DNA from: an uncultured Methylomirabilota bacterium | Lineage (GTDB): Bacteria; Methylomirabilota; Methylomirabilia; Methylomirabilales; 2-02-FULL-66-22 | Direction of reading: 5' to 3' | Length of the DNA: 64,000 nt | NCBI GenBank assembly: GCA_963845565.1 | Contig: CAWJSJ010000002.1 | Span: 1,312,001-1,376,000 of the forward strand | Part shown: piece after piece, positions 20,201 through 30,449 of the stretch | How positions within the stretch are numbered: the first letter of the stretch is position 1 | How the letters are laid out: each line of letters starts with the position of its first letter | Translations under genes and position numbers: made by a program | The notes under the pieces: model-generated | Databases searched by the model: none | Told to the model about the DNA's origin: nothing | What the model saw: the letters and a program-made list of their open reading frames with translations, nothing else

Positions 20201-20745
20201 GCCATATCGCCGCCGTGGGCTTCGATCTGTACACCCAGCTCATCCAGGAGACGGTCCGCGAGCTGAAGGGGGAGCCCACCGAGGTCGAAGTCGAGCCAAC
20301 CATTCGCCTGCGCGCCGAGGGATTCATCCCCGAATCCTATGTCCCGGATCCCGCCTTGCGCCTCAACCTCTACAAGCGGCTGGCGGCACTGCGAGAAAGC
20401 CGACAGCTGACTGATTTTTCCGACGAGCTGACCGACCGCTTCGGACCCGTCCCCTTCGAGGCGGGGTGGCTGCTCCAGGTGATGGAACTCAAATTCCAGG
20501 CTCGGGCGCTCCGCATTCAAGAGATCGACGCGCGGCGGGAGGCCATCCGGGTGCGCTTTGGGCCCGAGCCACCGGTCAGCCCGGAGACGATCGTGACCCT
20601 GCTCCGTACCGAGCGGGGCCGGCTCAAGTACCTGCCGGAGGACACGCTCGAGTATCGGACCGACGGGACCACGCCGGAGGCGCGCCTGGCGGCGGCCAGA
20701 AAACTCTTGCATCGGCTCACTGCGGATGTTACGGTCCCGCGATGA
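17290..20745 (+). CDS. mfd: Transcription-repair coupling factor
   Basis: CarD/RID domain (VVHVDHGIA), GDVGYGKTEVA, DEEQRFG, TATPIPRT, QLRGRVGR, TRCF C-terminus. Confidence 0.97.
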   Translation: MLPQYFWRETRLLDICEDLRAPAGIILAGLTGAARALALAACQVGTGRTFLLLCRSDEVAAALAQDLIFFLGETVALLPEQGDDLESRAGRVEALHRLQTGQAAVLVASVAAALPRTIPPAALQGAVVSLYPQRIVSREDLLRALTAGGYRGVGQVTEPGEFAIRGGILDCFPPAMRHPVRVEFFGDEVHSLRHFDPETQRSLAAITQATLLPLQEFLMTEDAAARLEARLQATARREGVAVPPAWLEALEQRRPIPEWDVFLPDLVSDPASVLAYLPATALIVWDEDSALAERAAALLRDAEAEADREPDVAPLFPPPAERWVAWDDFRREAQAWAGIALTPFAPPPREPTAGHAPPPPLLREIPTTSIESYRGRITGFLEDLDVWRRKGERVVLVARSEAQGRRLTEILRDHDLGARLGRELPEPGGISLWIGELTAGFRIAPLQLTLITEQEVFGAHAVLRRRARPKEALPFSSFADLKVGDYVVHVDHGIAQYRGLEQLAVGGQDGDFLYLRYAGNDTLYVPVSKFHLVQRYVAGESAGAHPALDRLGGTTWAKAKERVRASVREMAGELLRLYAARQVLHGNAFPADSPWQKEFEAAFPYDETPDQLQAIRDVKRDMERSQPMDRLVCGDVGYGKTEVALRAAFKAVMDGKQVAVLVPTTVLAMQHHQTFSARFAGFPVRVEMLCRFRPTADLKQVVRGLTEGSVDIVIGTHRLLQKDVKFSALGLVVVDEEQRFGVAAKEALKQLRREVDVLTLTATPIPRTLHMTMLGVRDVSTIETPPEERLAIRTYVTPYDPDVIGEAIRRELARGGQVFFVHNRVDSIHAVGRRLKQIVPEARISVAHGQQNEAALEKVMVDFYLKKVDVLLCTTIIESGLDVPSANTIIIDRADTLGLAQLYQLRGRVGRDKYRAFAYLLVPADGGMSEVARKRLQVIAELTELGSGFKIAARDLEIRGAGNLLGAEQSGHIAAVGFDLYTQLIQETVRELKGEPTEVEVEPTIRLRAEGFIPESYVPDPALRLNLYKRLAALRESRQLTDFSDELTDRFGPVPFEAGWLLQVMELKFQARALRIQEIDARREAIRVRFGPEPPVSPETIVTLLRTERGRLKYLPEDTLEYRTDGTTPEARLAAARKLLHRLTADVTVPR

Positions 20746-20822
20746 AATGACCCGCGCGCGTCGGCCCAAGGCGCGCGGCCCGAGTTTCGGACCCGATCCC
20801 ATTCCTCGACAAGGAGCGTCCC

Positions 20823-21764
20823 GTGAGATACGCGAACCCGTGGAAGAGCCTGACCGTGGCCGCCGTGTGCGCCGTCATCCTGGTCGGGTGCGGCAAAGAG
20901 GGCGGCGATGGAAAGGCCCAAGGGCCGGCAGTCCTCAAGGTGAACAGCTGGTCGTACACGGCTGTGGACCTGGAGCGGGAGATCGGCCAAGAACTGCGCC
21001 GCGCCCCGCGTGAACTGCAGCCGTTCTTCGCCAGTAAAGAGGGGCAGAACCAGTTTCTGGACCGGGTGGTCCGTCGGGAGTTGCTGCTCCAGGAGGCGGA
21101 GAAGCGCAAGCTGGGAGACCAGGCCGAGGTGGCGGAGCAGGTCGCGAACCTCCGCCGCGAGTTGATGATTCGCGCCCTGGTGCAGGAGGAGATCGGCAGC
21201 AAGGTGAAGGTGGAAGAGAAGGACGTCCAGGAGTACTTCACGGCACATGCCGACGAATTCTCGGGGGACACCCTCCGGCTGCGGCACATCCTGGTCCAGA
21301 CCGATGCGGAAGCCAAGGAGATCCAGGCGCGGTTGGCCAAGAACGAGGCTTTTGAAGAAGTGGCCAAGAAGTTCTCCCGGGACACCGCCAGCGCGTCCAA
21401 GGGGGGCGACCTGGGGTATCTGGGGCGTGAGCAGATGCTCCCCGACTTTGCCCGTGCGGCGTTTGCCTTGAAGGCGAACGAGGTAAGCGAACCGGTCAAG
21501 ACACCATTCGGTCTCCACCTCATCAAGCTGGTGGATCGGAAGAAGGGCCAACCGCTCACCTTCGACCAGGTGAAGGGGCAGTTGCAGCGGCGCCTGCTGG
21601 ACGAGCGACAGTCGCAGCGGTTCCAGGCCTGGATCAAGGAGCTGGAAGGCGGCGCCAAGGTCACCCGGGACGAGTCGCTCCTCCCGGTCGGCAAGTTCGG
21701 TCCGGCGGGACCGCCGCAGCCCGGCGGATCGACCGAGGAGCCGAAGGCGGGGGACAAGTCATGA
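20823..21764 (+). CDS. PpiC-type peptidyl-prolyl isomerase lipoprotein (PrsA-like)
   Basis: Lipobox LVGC; HILV, KGGDLG, PVKTPFGLHLIK. Confidence 0.9.
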   Translation: MRYANPWKSLTVAAVCAVILVGCGKEGGDGKAQGPAVLKVNSWSYTAVDLEREIGQELRRAPRELQPFFASKEGQNQFLDRVVRRELLLQEAEKRKLGDQAEVAEQVANLRRELMIRALVQEEIGSKVKVEEKDVQEYFTAHADEFSGDTLRLRHILVQTDAEAKEIQARLAKNEAFEEVAKKFSRDTASASKGGDLGYLGREQMLPDFARAAFALKANEVSEPVKTPFGLHLIKLVDRKKGQPLTFDQVKGQLQRRLLDERQSQRFQAWIKELEGGAKVTRDESLLPVGKFGPAGPPQPGGSTEEPKAGDKS

Positions 21765-22822
21765 AGCGACGCAGGCCCGGCCTCTGGCCGGCCTTGCTGC
21801 TGCTCTTCGTTGTCACGCCGGCGCCGGCGCAAACCGGCCCCAAGGCCGGCGAGCCGAAGGTGATGGTGCTGGACCGCGTGGTGGCGTCGGTGAACGACGA
21901 GGCGTTGACGCTGAGCGAGGTTCAGGAGGAAGGCCAGCCGGTGATCCGGAAGATCTTCCAGGATTTCGTCGGGGCGGAGCGGGACCGACGCGTCGAGGAG
22001 ACGGAGCAGCGGGTGGTGAACGACCTCATCGACCGACGCCTGCTGTACCAAGTGGCGAAACGGGAGGGCTCGCTCCCGTCGACGGCCGAAGTCCAGTCGG
22101 CCATCGAAGAGCTCAAGCGGACCAACAACGTCACCGACGAAGCCCAGTTCCGTGCCCTGCTGAAAGCCGAAGGGTTGACGCCGGAGCAGATTCGCCGGAA
22201 CGTCGGCGAGCGCCTGGCCATCGGCCGACTGCTGGCCCGCCAGGTTCGATCCTCCATCATTCTCAGCGAAGACGAGATCGCCAAGTACTACGAGGCGAAC
22301 GCAAGCAAGTACCAGCGGACCCCAGAGGCCGAGATCCTCCACGCCCTGCTCGGCGTGCGTTCCGACCAGGACGAGGCCCCCGTTCGGGCGCGCGTGGAGG
22401 AGGCGCTGGCGAAGATCCGAGCCGGCGCGGACTTCGTCGCGACGACGAAGCAATATGGGGACGACCCCAGCGGATCGGGGGCCGATCCGCTGACGGTCCG
22501 ACGCGGGGAGCTGGCCCCCGAGATCGAGGCCGTCGCCTTCGGACTGCCGCCCGGGGGCATCAGCGAACCGATCCGGACCGCGGCGGGCTTCCATCTGATC
22601 AAGGTCGAAAAGGTCAGAGCAGACGCGGTCGCCCCCCTGGCCGAGGTCCGAGAAGCGATCCGGGAGCAGCTGTTCCAGGAGAAGTTCGAGGTCAAGCGCA
22701 AGGAGTACCTCGCCGGTCTGCGCGCCCGATCGTCCATCCAGGTGTTCCTGAAGGGGGGCGAGATGCTGGGTGCACCGCAAGTCGCCAAAGACGGCGCATC
22801 CCCCAGCCGGCGCCTTCCGTAG
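21761..22822 (+). CDS. SurA-like chaperone/PPIase
   Basis: Signal peptide; LDRVVASVNDEALT; SEPIRTAAGFHLIK; follows mfd-ppiC. Confidence 0.88.
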   Translation: MKRRRPGLWPALLLLFVVTPAPAQTGPKAGEPKVMVLDRVVASVNDEALTLSEVQEEGQPVIRKIFQDFVGAERDRRVEETEQRVVNDLIDRRLLYQVAKREGSLPSTAEVQSAIEELKRTNNVTDEAQFRALLKAEGLTPEQIRRNVGERLAIGRLLARQVRSSIILSEDEIAKYYEANASKYQRTPEAEILHALLGVRSDQDEAPVRARVEEALAKIRAGADFVATTKQYGDDPSGSGADPLTVRRGELAPEIEAVAFGLPPGGISEPIRTAAGFHLIKVEKVRADAVAPLAEVREAIREQLFQEKFEVKRKEYLAGLRARSSIQVFLKGGEMLGAPQVAKDGASPSRRLP

Positions 22823-23063
22823 AAAAGCCTCCGCGTATCCCGCGCGTCTTCCCGCAAAAACCGCCTCGACGTCTGACCCCGTTGCAACTCCTGTCGCTTT
22901 GAGTTAGGCTCTGACCGCCTGCCCGGTCGGACCGAGACGGCGTGCGTCCCACTGTCGGCCGCCAGCCCGTGACGTGGAGCGGGGCAGTGCAGGCCCTCCC
23001 GGAATCGCCCGGGCCGGCACCTCGGTGTCCCGCGCGGCTGGTGGCAGTCGCAGGAGGTCGTGC

Positions 23064-24230
23064 ATGAGCGCGTCTGTGGTGGTGGAGGGCCGGCTGCAGC
23101 GAGGCGCCCCCCCTGTCGAGATTGCGATTGTGGGCGGGCGCATCGACGCGATCCGGTCGGCCGGATCCGGAGGCGCATCCGCCGTGGGCGGGGCCGACTG
23201 TCTGGTGACCGAGGGGTTTCTGGACATCCAGGTGAACGGGTTTGCCGCGGTGGATTTCAACCGCCCCGAGTTGACCGCGGAGGACCTCGTGCGGGCGACG
23301 CGGGCGATGTGGCGCACCGGGGTCACGCAATTTCTCCCGACCGTCGTCACGGCGCCCGTGAAGAGCATGCTGGGGACGCTCAAGGCCATCGCCCGGGCCC
23401 GGGAGCAGGAGCCGATCCTCCGCCGCGCCATACCGGGCATTCACCTCGAAGGCCCGTTCCTGGCGCCCGAGGACGGTCCGCGGGGCGCCCATCCCGCGGA
23501 TTCCATCCGCGACCCGGACTGGGGACTCTTCCAGCAATTCCAGGATGCCGCGGGTGGTCTCATCCGGTTCGTCACGATCGCGCCGGAACGGCCGGAGGCC
23601 ATCGGCGTGATCTGGCAGTTGCGCCAGGCCGGCATCGCGGTCGGGATCGGCCACACCGACGCCAAGGAAGCGGACATCGAGCAGGCCGTGGACGCAGGCG
23701 CCCAGATTTCCTGCCACCTGGGGAACGGCGCGCACGCCATGTTGCCGCGCCACCGGAACTACATCCAGAAGCAGCTCGCCACGGACGCCCTGATGGCCTC
23801 GCTGATCACGGACGGCCACCACCTGCCGCCCTATGTCGTGAAGAACATGATCCGGTGTAAGGGCGTGGAGCGGATCATCCTCATCACGGACGCCATGGCC
23901 GCCGCCGCCGCGCCGCCCGGGAAGTACCGGCTCGGCGAGGTGCTGGCCGAGGTCGGCTCGGACGGCTACGTTCGCCTCCCTGGTACGCCCTATCTCGCCG
24001 GGTCGGCGCTCACCATGGATCGGGCCATCGAGAACACGGCCAGATTCGCCGGTCTCCCGCTGGAGGATGCGCTGCGACTGGCCAACCGACAGCCGCGGAA
24101 ACTCTTCCCCGAAGCCGGCGCGGGCATTGCCCCCGGGGAGCGAGCCGATCTGGTTTTGTTGCGGGAGGGGCCGCCGCTCACGGTGGTGGCGACGATCGTC
24201 GAGGGAGAGGTGGTGTTCCAGCGAAGCTGA
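23064..24230 (+). CDS. nagA: N-acetylglucosamine-6-phosphate deacetylase-like amidohydrolase
   Basis: HLEGPF, GAHP, APE, GHTDA, DGHH, LITDAM, LAGSALTM; CHLGNG in place of canonical THLFNAM. Confidence 0.8.
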   Translation: MSASVVVEGRLQRGAPPVEIAIVGGRIDAIRSAGSGGASAVGGADCLVTEGFLDIQVNGFAAVDFNRPELTAEDLVRATRAMWRTGVTQFLPTVVTAPVKSMLGTLKAIARAREQEPILRRAIPGIHLEGPFLAPEDGPRGAHPADSIRDPDWGLFQQFQDAAGGLIRFVTIAPERPEAIGVIWQLRQAGIAVGIGHTDAKEADIEQAVDAGAQISCHLGNGAHAMLPRHRNYIQKQLATDALMASLITDGHHLPPYVVKNMIRCKGVERIILITDAMAAAAAPPGKYRLGEVLAEVGSDGYVRLPGTPYLAGSALTMDRAIENTARFAGLPLEDALRLANRQPRKLFPEAGAGIAPGERADLVLLREGPPLTVVATIVEGEVVFQRS

Positions 24231-24315
24231 GCGTCCGTCGCGGGCCGAGCACCGGCGCGTGGGCGCGGGGTTTCCGCTGTCTCTGTCGGATACCGCTGTC
24301 GAGGAGGGCGTCGTC

Positions 24316-25069
24316 ATGGATCTCATCGCGCAGTATCACGCGGCCATCACGGCCATGCTCCAGAAGATCGTGGACACCCAGAAGGAGGCCATCCGGACGG
24401 CGGCGCGGCGGTGTGCCGATGGCCATCGCCGAGGACCGGTACCTGTACGTGATCGGGACCGGCGGCCACTCGTACATCGCCAGCGAGGAGATGTTCTGGC
24501 GGGCCGGCGGCCTGGTGCCGATCTATCCGATTCTCGACCCCGGGCTGTCCCTGTCCCAGGGGGCCTGGCGTTCGAACCTGATCGAGCGGACCCCCGGATA
24601 TGTGATCCCGATCCTCAAGTACCATGGCGTCGGAAACGGGGATGTCCTGATCGTCTGCAATGCGTACGGGCTCAACGCGGCCACCATCGACGCCGCGACG
24701 GAAGGCAAGCGTCTGGGGGCGACGGTCATCGGCGTCACCTCGACGGAATTCGCCGCACGGACGCCCCCGGATCATCCCTCCCGCCACCCGAGCGGCAAGA
24801 ACCTGCACGAGATCGTGGACATCTTCCTGAATACCTGCCTTCCTTACGGCGATGCGGTGGTCGACGTTCCCGGATGCCCGCAGAAGGTGGCGCCGTCCTC
24901 GTCGCTCGGCACCGCCTTCGTCTTGAACAGCCTGGTGGCGACGACCGTGGAAGAGCTGGTCCGGCGGGGCATCGATCCCCCGGTCTGGATGAGCGCCAAC
25001 CTGCCGGGCGGCGATGAGGCGAATCGGAAGCACTTCGATAAGCATCTCCGACGCGTGAAGTTCCTGTAG
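24316..25069 (+). CDS. SIS-domain sugar isomerase-like protein (frameshift ~24421)
   Basis: MDLIAQYHAAI...RRCAD joins AIAEDRYLYVIGTGGHS after removing 1 base; HPSGKNL, PPVWMSANLPGGD. Confidence 0.8.
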
Positions 25070-25220
25070 CAGGCCGCTGAAAAACGCCCATCTGCGGCGT
25101 TGGTCCGCTCGGGCACTCGCTGCGGCGTACGTGGGGTACGCCTCACTCGGCCCATCGCGGACCGCCTTGCATCTGGACCTTTTTGAGCAGCCTGGGGAAA
25201 ACGGGTTTTTTGGCGGCCTG
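25070..25220 (+). mobile_element. MITE-like repeat family A, copy 2
   Basis: Begins immediately after the TAG stop: CAGGCCGCTGAAAAA...TTTTGAGCAGCCTG...TTTTTGGCGGCCTG. Confidence 0.8.
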
Positions 25221-25272
25221 GTGAGACGGCAGAACGGGATTGGGTCGCAACTCTCAAGTCAAGGAGGATGCC

Positions 25273-26272
25273 ATGCGCACCAGATGGAGCGGCTGGGTCG
25301 CCCTTGCAGCAATGTTCGTGTGGCTTCTGGGCGCGCTGCCCGTCGAGGCGGCCAAGGTCACCATGAAGCTGGGCCATATCCGGGCGGACACGTCGCCGAC
25401 TCACAAGGCCGCCGTGAAGTTCGCCGAGCTGGTGGCCGCAAAGACGAACGGCGATCTGGAGATTAAGGTCTTTCCCAACAGCCAGCTCGGCGGCATCTTG
25501 GACATGTTCACCGGGATGAAGGCGGGCAGCCTGGAGATGGTCTACGGGGGGATCAATACCTACGGCTTCATCAAGGGCGGCGAGGTCTTCCAGATCACGG
25601 CGGTGCCGTTCCTGTATCGGGACTACGACCACATGCGGAAAGTCCTGAACTCCCCGATCTTCGCTACCCCATCTGGACGCGGCGGAGAAGGCCACGGGCG
25701 TCAGGGTCATCGCCATCAACGGGGACACGGCGCCGCGCGAGTTGACGACGCGCGACAAGGCGGTCAAGACCGCCGCGGACTTCAAGGGATTGAAGATCCG
25801 GATCGCCGAGAGCGCCATGGTTCGGGCCGCTATGCAGAAGCTCGGTGCCAACCCGCAGGTCATCCCCTTCGCGGACCTGTATATGGCGCTGAAGCAGGGC
25901 GTGGTGGACGCGCAGGAGAACGGGGTCATCCCCATCAAGAACATGTCCTTCTTCGAGGTGCAGAAGTACTTCATGCCCACCCATTACATCCGTGACGTGG
26001 AGACCTTCTACATCGGCGCGGAGAAGTGGAAGAGCCTCTCGCCCGCCCACCAGAAGGCTATCCGGGACGCCGGCGAGGAGGCCGGAAACCTGGAGACGGA
26101 GCTCACCCGGCAAGAGCTGGACGACGCCACCAAGTTCCTCGCCACCAAGATGACGATCGTGGAGCCCGATCTCGGCTCCATCCGGAAAGCATTGGAGGGG
26201 GTGTACGAGGAGCAATTCGAGGGGAAGCTCTGGCCGAAGGGCCTCCTGCAACAAGTGCGGGATTTCAAGTAG
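25273..26272 (+). CDS. dctP: TRAP transporter substrate-binding protein (frameshift ~25668)
   Basis: Signal peptide, VFPNSQLG, FKGLKIR, LKQGVVDAQEN; two ORFs join after removing one C. Confidence 0.88.
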
Positions 26273-26289
26273 GGCTTCCATCCTTGGGA

Positions 26290-26370
26290 GAATGCAAAAC
26301 CGACAACGGACAATGAAAAACCGGTCAAAGTCCTCTATTGGTCGGTTGTCGGTTTTTCATTTTGTATTGC
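26290..26370. repeat. Inverted heptamer-periodic repeat hairpin
   Basis: AATGCAAAACCGACAACGGACAATGAAAAACCGG ... TATTGGTCGGTTGTCGGTTTTTCATTTTGTATT. Confidence 0.65.
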
Positions 26371-26388
26371 CACGGGTCGGACCAAAGC

Positions 26389-27669
26389 ATGATTAGCCTG
26401 CTGTTCGTCTTGCTCTTCGCGCTCTGCGCCCTCGGTTTCGAGATCTGGGCCGCCATGGGGCTCTCCGCCGTCCTCTATCTCCTCATCCGCGGCGACGTTC
26501 CCTTGAACATCATGGCGCAGAGCATGGTGGCGGGCGTGGACATCGTGACGCTGGTCGCGATCCCCTTTTTCATGCTGGCCGGCGAACTGATGAACGAATC
26601 CGGGATCACGGAGCGACTGGTCCGGTTCGCGCAGTACTTCGTCGGCCGCATCCGGGGCGGGCTGGCCTACGTCACGGTGATCGTGAACGTGATCATGGCA
26701 GGGGTCTCGGGCTCGGCAGTGGCGGACGCCAGTGCCGTCTCCTCGGTGCTCCTCCCTGCGATGGCGCGCGACGGATACGACCGCCGCTTTGCGGCGGCCA
26801 TCAACGCCTCGGCTGCCACCATCGGCCCCATCATTCCGCCCAGCATCCCCATGGTCTTCATCGCCGTGATCAGCGATCTGTCGGTTGGCCGCCTGTTCCT
26901 GGGCGGGGTGGTGCCCGGGCTCCTGATGGGAGCCTTCCTGGCGGTGACGATCTATCTTCATTCGCTGCGAAACCCGCTGCCGGCGACCGAGGCGCGGCGG
27001 GGTTGGGGCGAGTTCCTCCGGCTGCTCGGCCAGGCATTCCTGGCGCTCATGGCGCCGGTCATCATTTTGGCAGGCGTGGTCTTTGGTGTTGTGACCATCG
27101 TGGAGGTCGCCTTTCTGGCCGTCCTGTACGTCCTGCTGGTCGGGATGCTGGCCTACCGTAACATCCACGTCGCGGCGCTGCCGCAGATTTTTTCCCGGGC
27201 GGCGGCCACGTCGGTAACCATCATGGCAATCTTTGCCTCGGTGGGCGCCTATGGGTGGATCATCGCCAACGAGCAGCTTGGACCGCAGATCGCCAAGGCG
27301 ATCCAGTCCCTGGGACTGGGCTGGGCCGGGTTCTTGTTGGTCGTGAACCTCTTCTTCCTGTTCTTGGGCTGCATCATGGATGCGGTTCCGGCCATGCTCA
27401 TCTTCTTCCCCGTCCTCTTGCCTGTCGCGAAGGGGCTCGGCATCGATCCGATCCACTTCGGGGTCGTGGTGGTCCTGAATCTCATGATCGGGCTGTTGAC
27501 GCCCCCGGTGGGCGCGCTCCTGTTCCTTGAGGCCAAGATTGCCGAGGTGTCGTTCGAGGAGCTGGTACGCGCAGTCGGGCCTTATCTGGTAGCGCTGCTC
27601 GCGGTCTTGGCGCTGATCACGTACATTCCGCCGCTGGTGACGTTCGTGCCGAACCTGGTGTTCCGATGA
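26389..27669 (+). CDS. dctM: TRAP transporter large permease
   Basis: AIPFFMLAGELM, SGSAVAD, IIPPSIP, LLTPPVG. Confidence 0.95.
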   Translation: MISLLFVLLFALCALGFEIWAAMGLSAVLYLLIRGDVPLNIMAQSMVAGVDIVTLVAIPFFMLAGELMNESGITERLVRFAQYFVGRIRGGLAYVTVIVNVIMAGVSGSAVADASAVSSVLLPAMARDGYDRRFAAAINASAATIGPIIPPSIPMVFIAVISDLSVGRLFLGGVVPGLLMGAFLAVTIYLHSLRNPLPATEARRGWGEFLRLLGQAFLALMAPVIILAGVVFGVVTIVEVAFLAVLYVLLVGMLAYRNIHVAALPQIFSRAAATSVTIMAIFASVGAYGWIIANEQLGPQIAKAIQSLGLGWAGFLLVVNLFFLFLGCIMDAVPAMLIFFPVLLPVAKGLGIDPIHFGVVVVLNLMIGLLTPPVGALLFLEAKIAEVSFEELVRAVGPYLVALLAVLALITYIPPLVTFVPNLVFR

Positions 27670-28172
27670 GTGGGGCGATGGCTGGGATTCGAGCCGGTCT
27701 GGATCGGGGGCTCTCGTTGATCATCGGCGGTATCCTCATCGTCATCTTCCTCCTGAACCTGTACCAGGTGGGCGGACGCTACCTCTTCGGCGTCGGGGCC
27801 ATCTGGATACCGGACCTGACCCGGCTTCTCTTCATCTGGTTGGTGTTCTTGGGAACCGCCCTCATGCACCAGCGGAAGCGACACCTGGTGATCGATTTCC
27901 TGCTGCTCAAGTTTCGCCGGTCCGCCCGGCGGGCTGCCGAAGCAATGATCAACTGCGGGATGCTGGCCCTGGCCGGGGTGATGGCGGCCGCGGGGTGGCG
28001 GATCATGTTGATCCGGATGGACATCCCGTACACGGGCCTGGAGATCCCGACGGGCTATGCGTACCTCGCCGTGCCGGTGGCTGCTGTGCTCATCGGACTC
28101 ACCAGCCTGGCGAATATGGGGGAATGGAGGCAGGCGGGGCGCAGACACGAGCAGGCGGAGACGCGCCGATGA
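27666..28172 (+). CDS. dctQ: TRAP transporter small permease
   Basis: 4 TM segments; RYLFG..W, FIWLVFLG, HLVID. Confidence 0.9.
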   Translation: MSGAMAGIRAGLDRGLSLIIGGILIVIFLLNLYQVGGRYLFGVGAIWIPDLTRLLFIWLVFLGTALMHQRKRHLVIDFLLLKFRRSARRAAEAMINCGMLALAGVMAAAGWRIMLIRMDIPYTGLEIPTGYAYLAVPVAAVLIGLTSLANMGEWRQAGRRHEQAETRR

Positions 28173-28222
28173 GCGGCCGGCGCCGGGTGCGCCACTGCAC
28201 GAACTGACCGACAAGAAAGGGG

Positions 28223-29285
28223 ATGCCCGTGACCACCGCAAAGCGCAGATCGCCCCGGAACGCGACCGCGTCCAGGCGCCCGTCCCGAGTGATGCCGGCG
28301 AATGCCGTTCCTGCGAAAGAGCGCCCCGACAGGGTCGCCCTGCTGACCATGATGATTCGCATTCGGGCCTTCGAGATGAAGCTGGCGGAGCTGGTCCGGG
28401 ATCTGGTGATCAAGGGGACGCTGCATCCCTACGTCGGACAGGAGGCGGTCGCGACGGGGGTCTGCTTTGCCCTGCGGACCGACGATTACATCAGCAGCAA
28501 CCATCGGGGCCACGGCCACGCCCTGGCCAAGGGCGCCGACATGAACCGGATGATGGCGGAGCTGCTGGGCCGACAGACCGGGTACTGCAAGGGGAAGGGC
28601 GGCTCGATGCACATCGCCGACCTGGACCTGGGCATGCTGGGCTGCAACGGCATCGTGGGCGGGGGCATCGGGATCACGGCAGGGGCCGCCCTGTCGGCGA
28701 AGCTCCGCGGGACGGACCAGGTGAGCGTGGGCTTCTTCGGCGACGGGGCCGCCAACACCGGAATCGTCCACGAGGCGATGAACCTGGCCGCGACCTGGCA
28801 ACTGCCGGCCATCTTCATCTGCGAGAACAACCAGTACGCCCTGTCCATGCCGTACGCCAAGGCGGTGGCGGCGCCGGACATCGCGTCGCGCGGCGGTCGG
28901 CTACGGCATGCCCGGCGAGGTGGTGGACGGCAACGACGCGCTGGCCGTCTGGGCGGCGACCCGACGGGCCGTCCTGCACGCGCGGCAGGGCCGCGGCCCG
29001 ACGCTTCTGGAATGCAAGACGTACCGCTGGCTCCAGCACAGCCTGCGGGTGAAGGGGCCGGACCGCCCGGCCGACGAGGAGGCCGCCTGGAAGGCGCGCT
29101 GCCCCATCGCGCAGCTGCGGGGGCAGTTGGCGAGCGAGAGGCTGCTGGATGACGCCGGCTTCGCCGCTATAGAGGAAGCCGCGAGGGGAGAGGTTGACGC
29201 GTCGGTGGCGTTCGCTCTGGCCAGCCCGGAGCCGACGCTCGATGAGATCGAAACGGACATCTACGCTGGGGGGTTCGTGGAATGA
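28223..29285 (+). CDS. TPP-dependent dehydrogenase E1 alpha subunit, AcoA/PdhA-like (frameshift ~28892)
   Basis: GQEA, NHRGHGH, GKGGSMH, FFGDGA, CENNQY, VDGND, TYR. Confidence 0.88.
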
Positions 29286-30299
29286 ACAGCGCACAGCAGC
29301 AGGCAACCGTTGTCGGGGCGGGAGTGCGGGAGATCTCGTACGCCGAGGCGATCGCCGAGGCGTTGCGCACCGAGATGCGACTCGATCCCCGGGTCTTCGT
29401 GATGGGCGAAGACGTCGGGAATTTCGGCGGGCTATTCGGCGGAACCAAGGGGCTACTCGACGAGTTCGGTCCGGAGCGGGTCCGGGATACGCCGATCTCC
29501 GAGGCCGCGCTGATCGGGGCGGGCGTGGGCGCGGCCATCACCGGGATGCGGCCCATGGTCGAGATCCAGTTCGTGGACTTCACCGCCTGCGCCATGGATC
29601 AGATCGTGAACCAGGCGGCCAAGATCCGGTTCATGCTGGGGGGCAAGGCGGAGGTCCCGCTGGTCATCCGGACCCCCTACGGCACCGGCCTCAAGTTGGC
29701 CTCGCAGCACTCTCAGAGCCTGGAGGCGTGGTTCGCGCACGTTCCCGGCTCTGCTCGTCGCCATCCCCTCGACGCCGGCCGACGCCAAGGGACTCCTGGT
29801 GACGGCGCTGCGCGATCAGAACCCGATTATCTTCCTGGAACACAAGCTGCTCTATCCCACGCGCGGACCGGTGCCCGAGGAGCAGTACACGATCCCCTTC
29901 GGGCAAGCCGACGTGAAGCGAAGCGGAAGCGACGTGACGATCGTGGCCACCGGCCTGATGGTGCGGCGGTCGCTGGAAGCCGCCGACACGCTGGCCGCCG
30001 AAGGGATCGAGGCCGAGGTGGTGGACCCCCGGACGCTGGTCCCGCTGGACAAGGCCGCGATCATCGCCTCGGTCAAGAAGACCGGCCGCCTGGTGGTCGT
30101 CCACGAGGCGGTGAAGCGCGGCGGCTTCGGCGGGGAGATCGCCTCCATGATCGCGGAGGAGGCCTTCGATTACCTCGACGCCCCCATCAAGCGGGTGGCG
30201 GGCAGGAATGTTCCCATTGCCTTCAACGAGACGCTGGAGAGGAAAGCCATTCCGTCGGCAGAGGACATCGCCTCCGCCGCCCGGTCGCTGATCCGGTAG
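29282..30299 (+). CDS. TPP-dependent dehydrogenase E1 beta subunit (frameshift ~29750)
   Basis: [48 protein letters not shown]. Confidence 0.88.
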
Positions 30300-30397
30300 G
30301 GCGCCGTTCGCAGAAGCCCGCCCGCCCGAGAATGGTGTGTAGAGCCTGGCGGCGTTGTCGGTCCATCCCTTTCCGATTTACTTCGGAAAAATCTACC

Positions 30398-30426
30398 TTG
30401 ACATCTAGATGTATATACATTAGATT
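30398..30426 (+). promoter_or_regulatory. sigma70 promoter overlapped by palindromic GntR/HutC-type operators
   Basis: TTGACA-N17-TAGATT; ACATCTAGATGT (30401-30412) and ATGTATATACAT (30409-30420). Confidence 0.75.
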
Positions 30427-30449
30427 CCGCCACATTCTCGGAGGCGGGA

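Noticed and set aside
16756..22780. Very long antisense ORFs (894, 683 aa; also 58118-60916, 932 aa)
   Set aside because: Shadow frames of GC-rich genuine genes on the opposite strand; Arg/Gly/Pro-rich with no motifs
22920..26385. GGTCGGACC palindromes as FadR-type operators
   Set aside because: The same 9-mer also occurs inside coding regions (~1635, ~4660); expected by chance at this GC content
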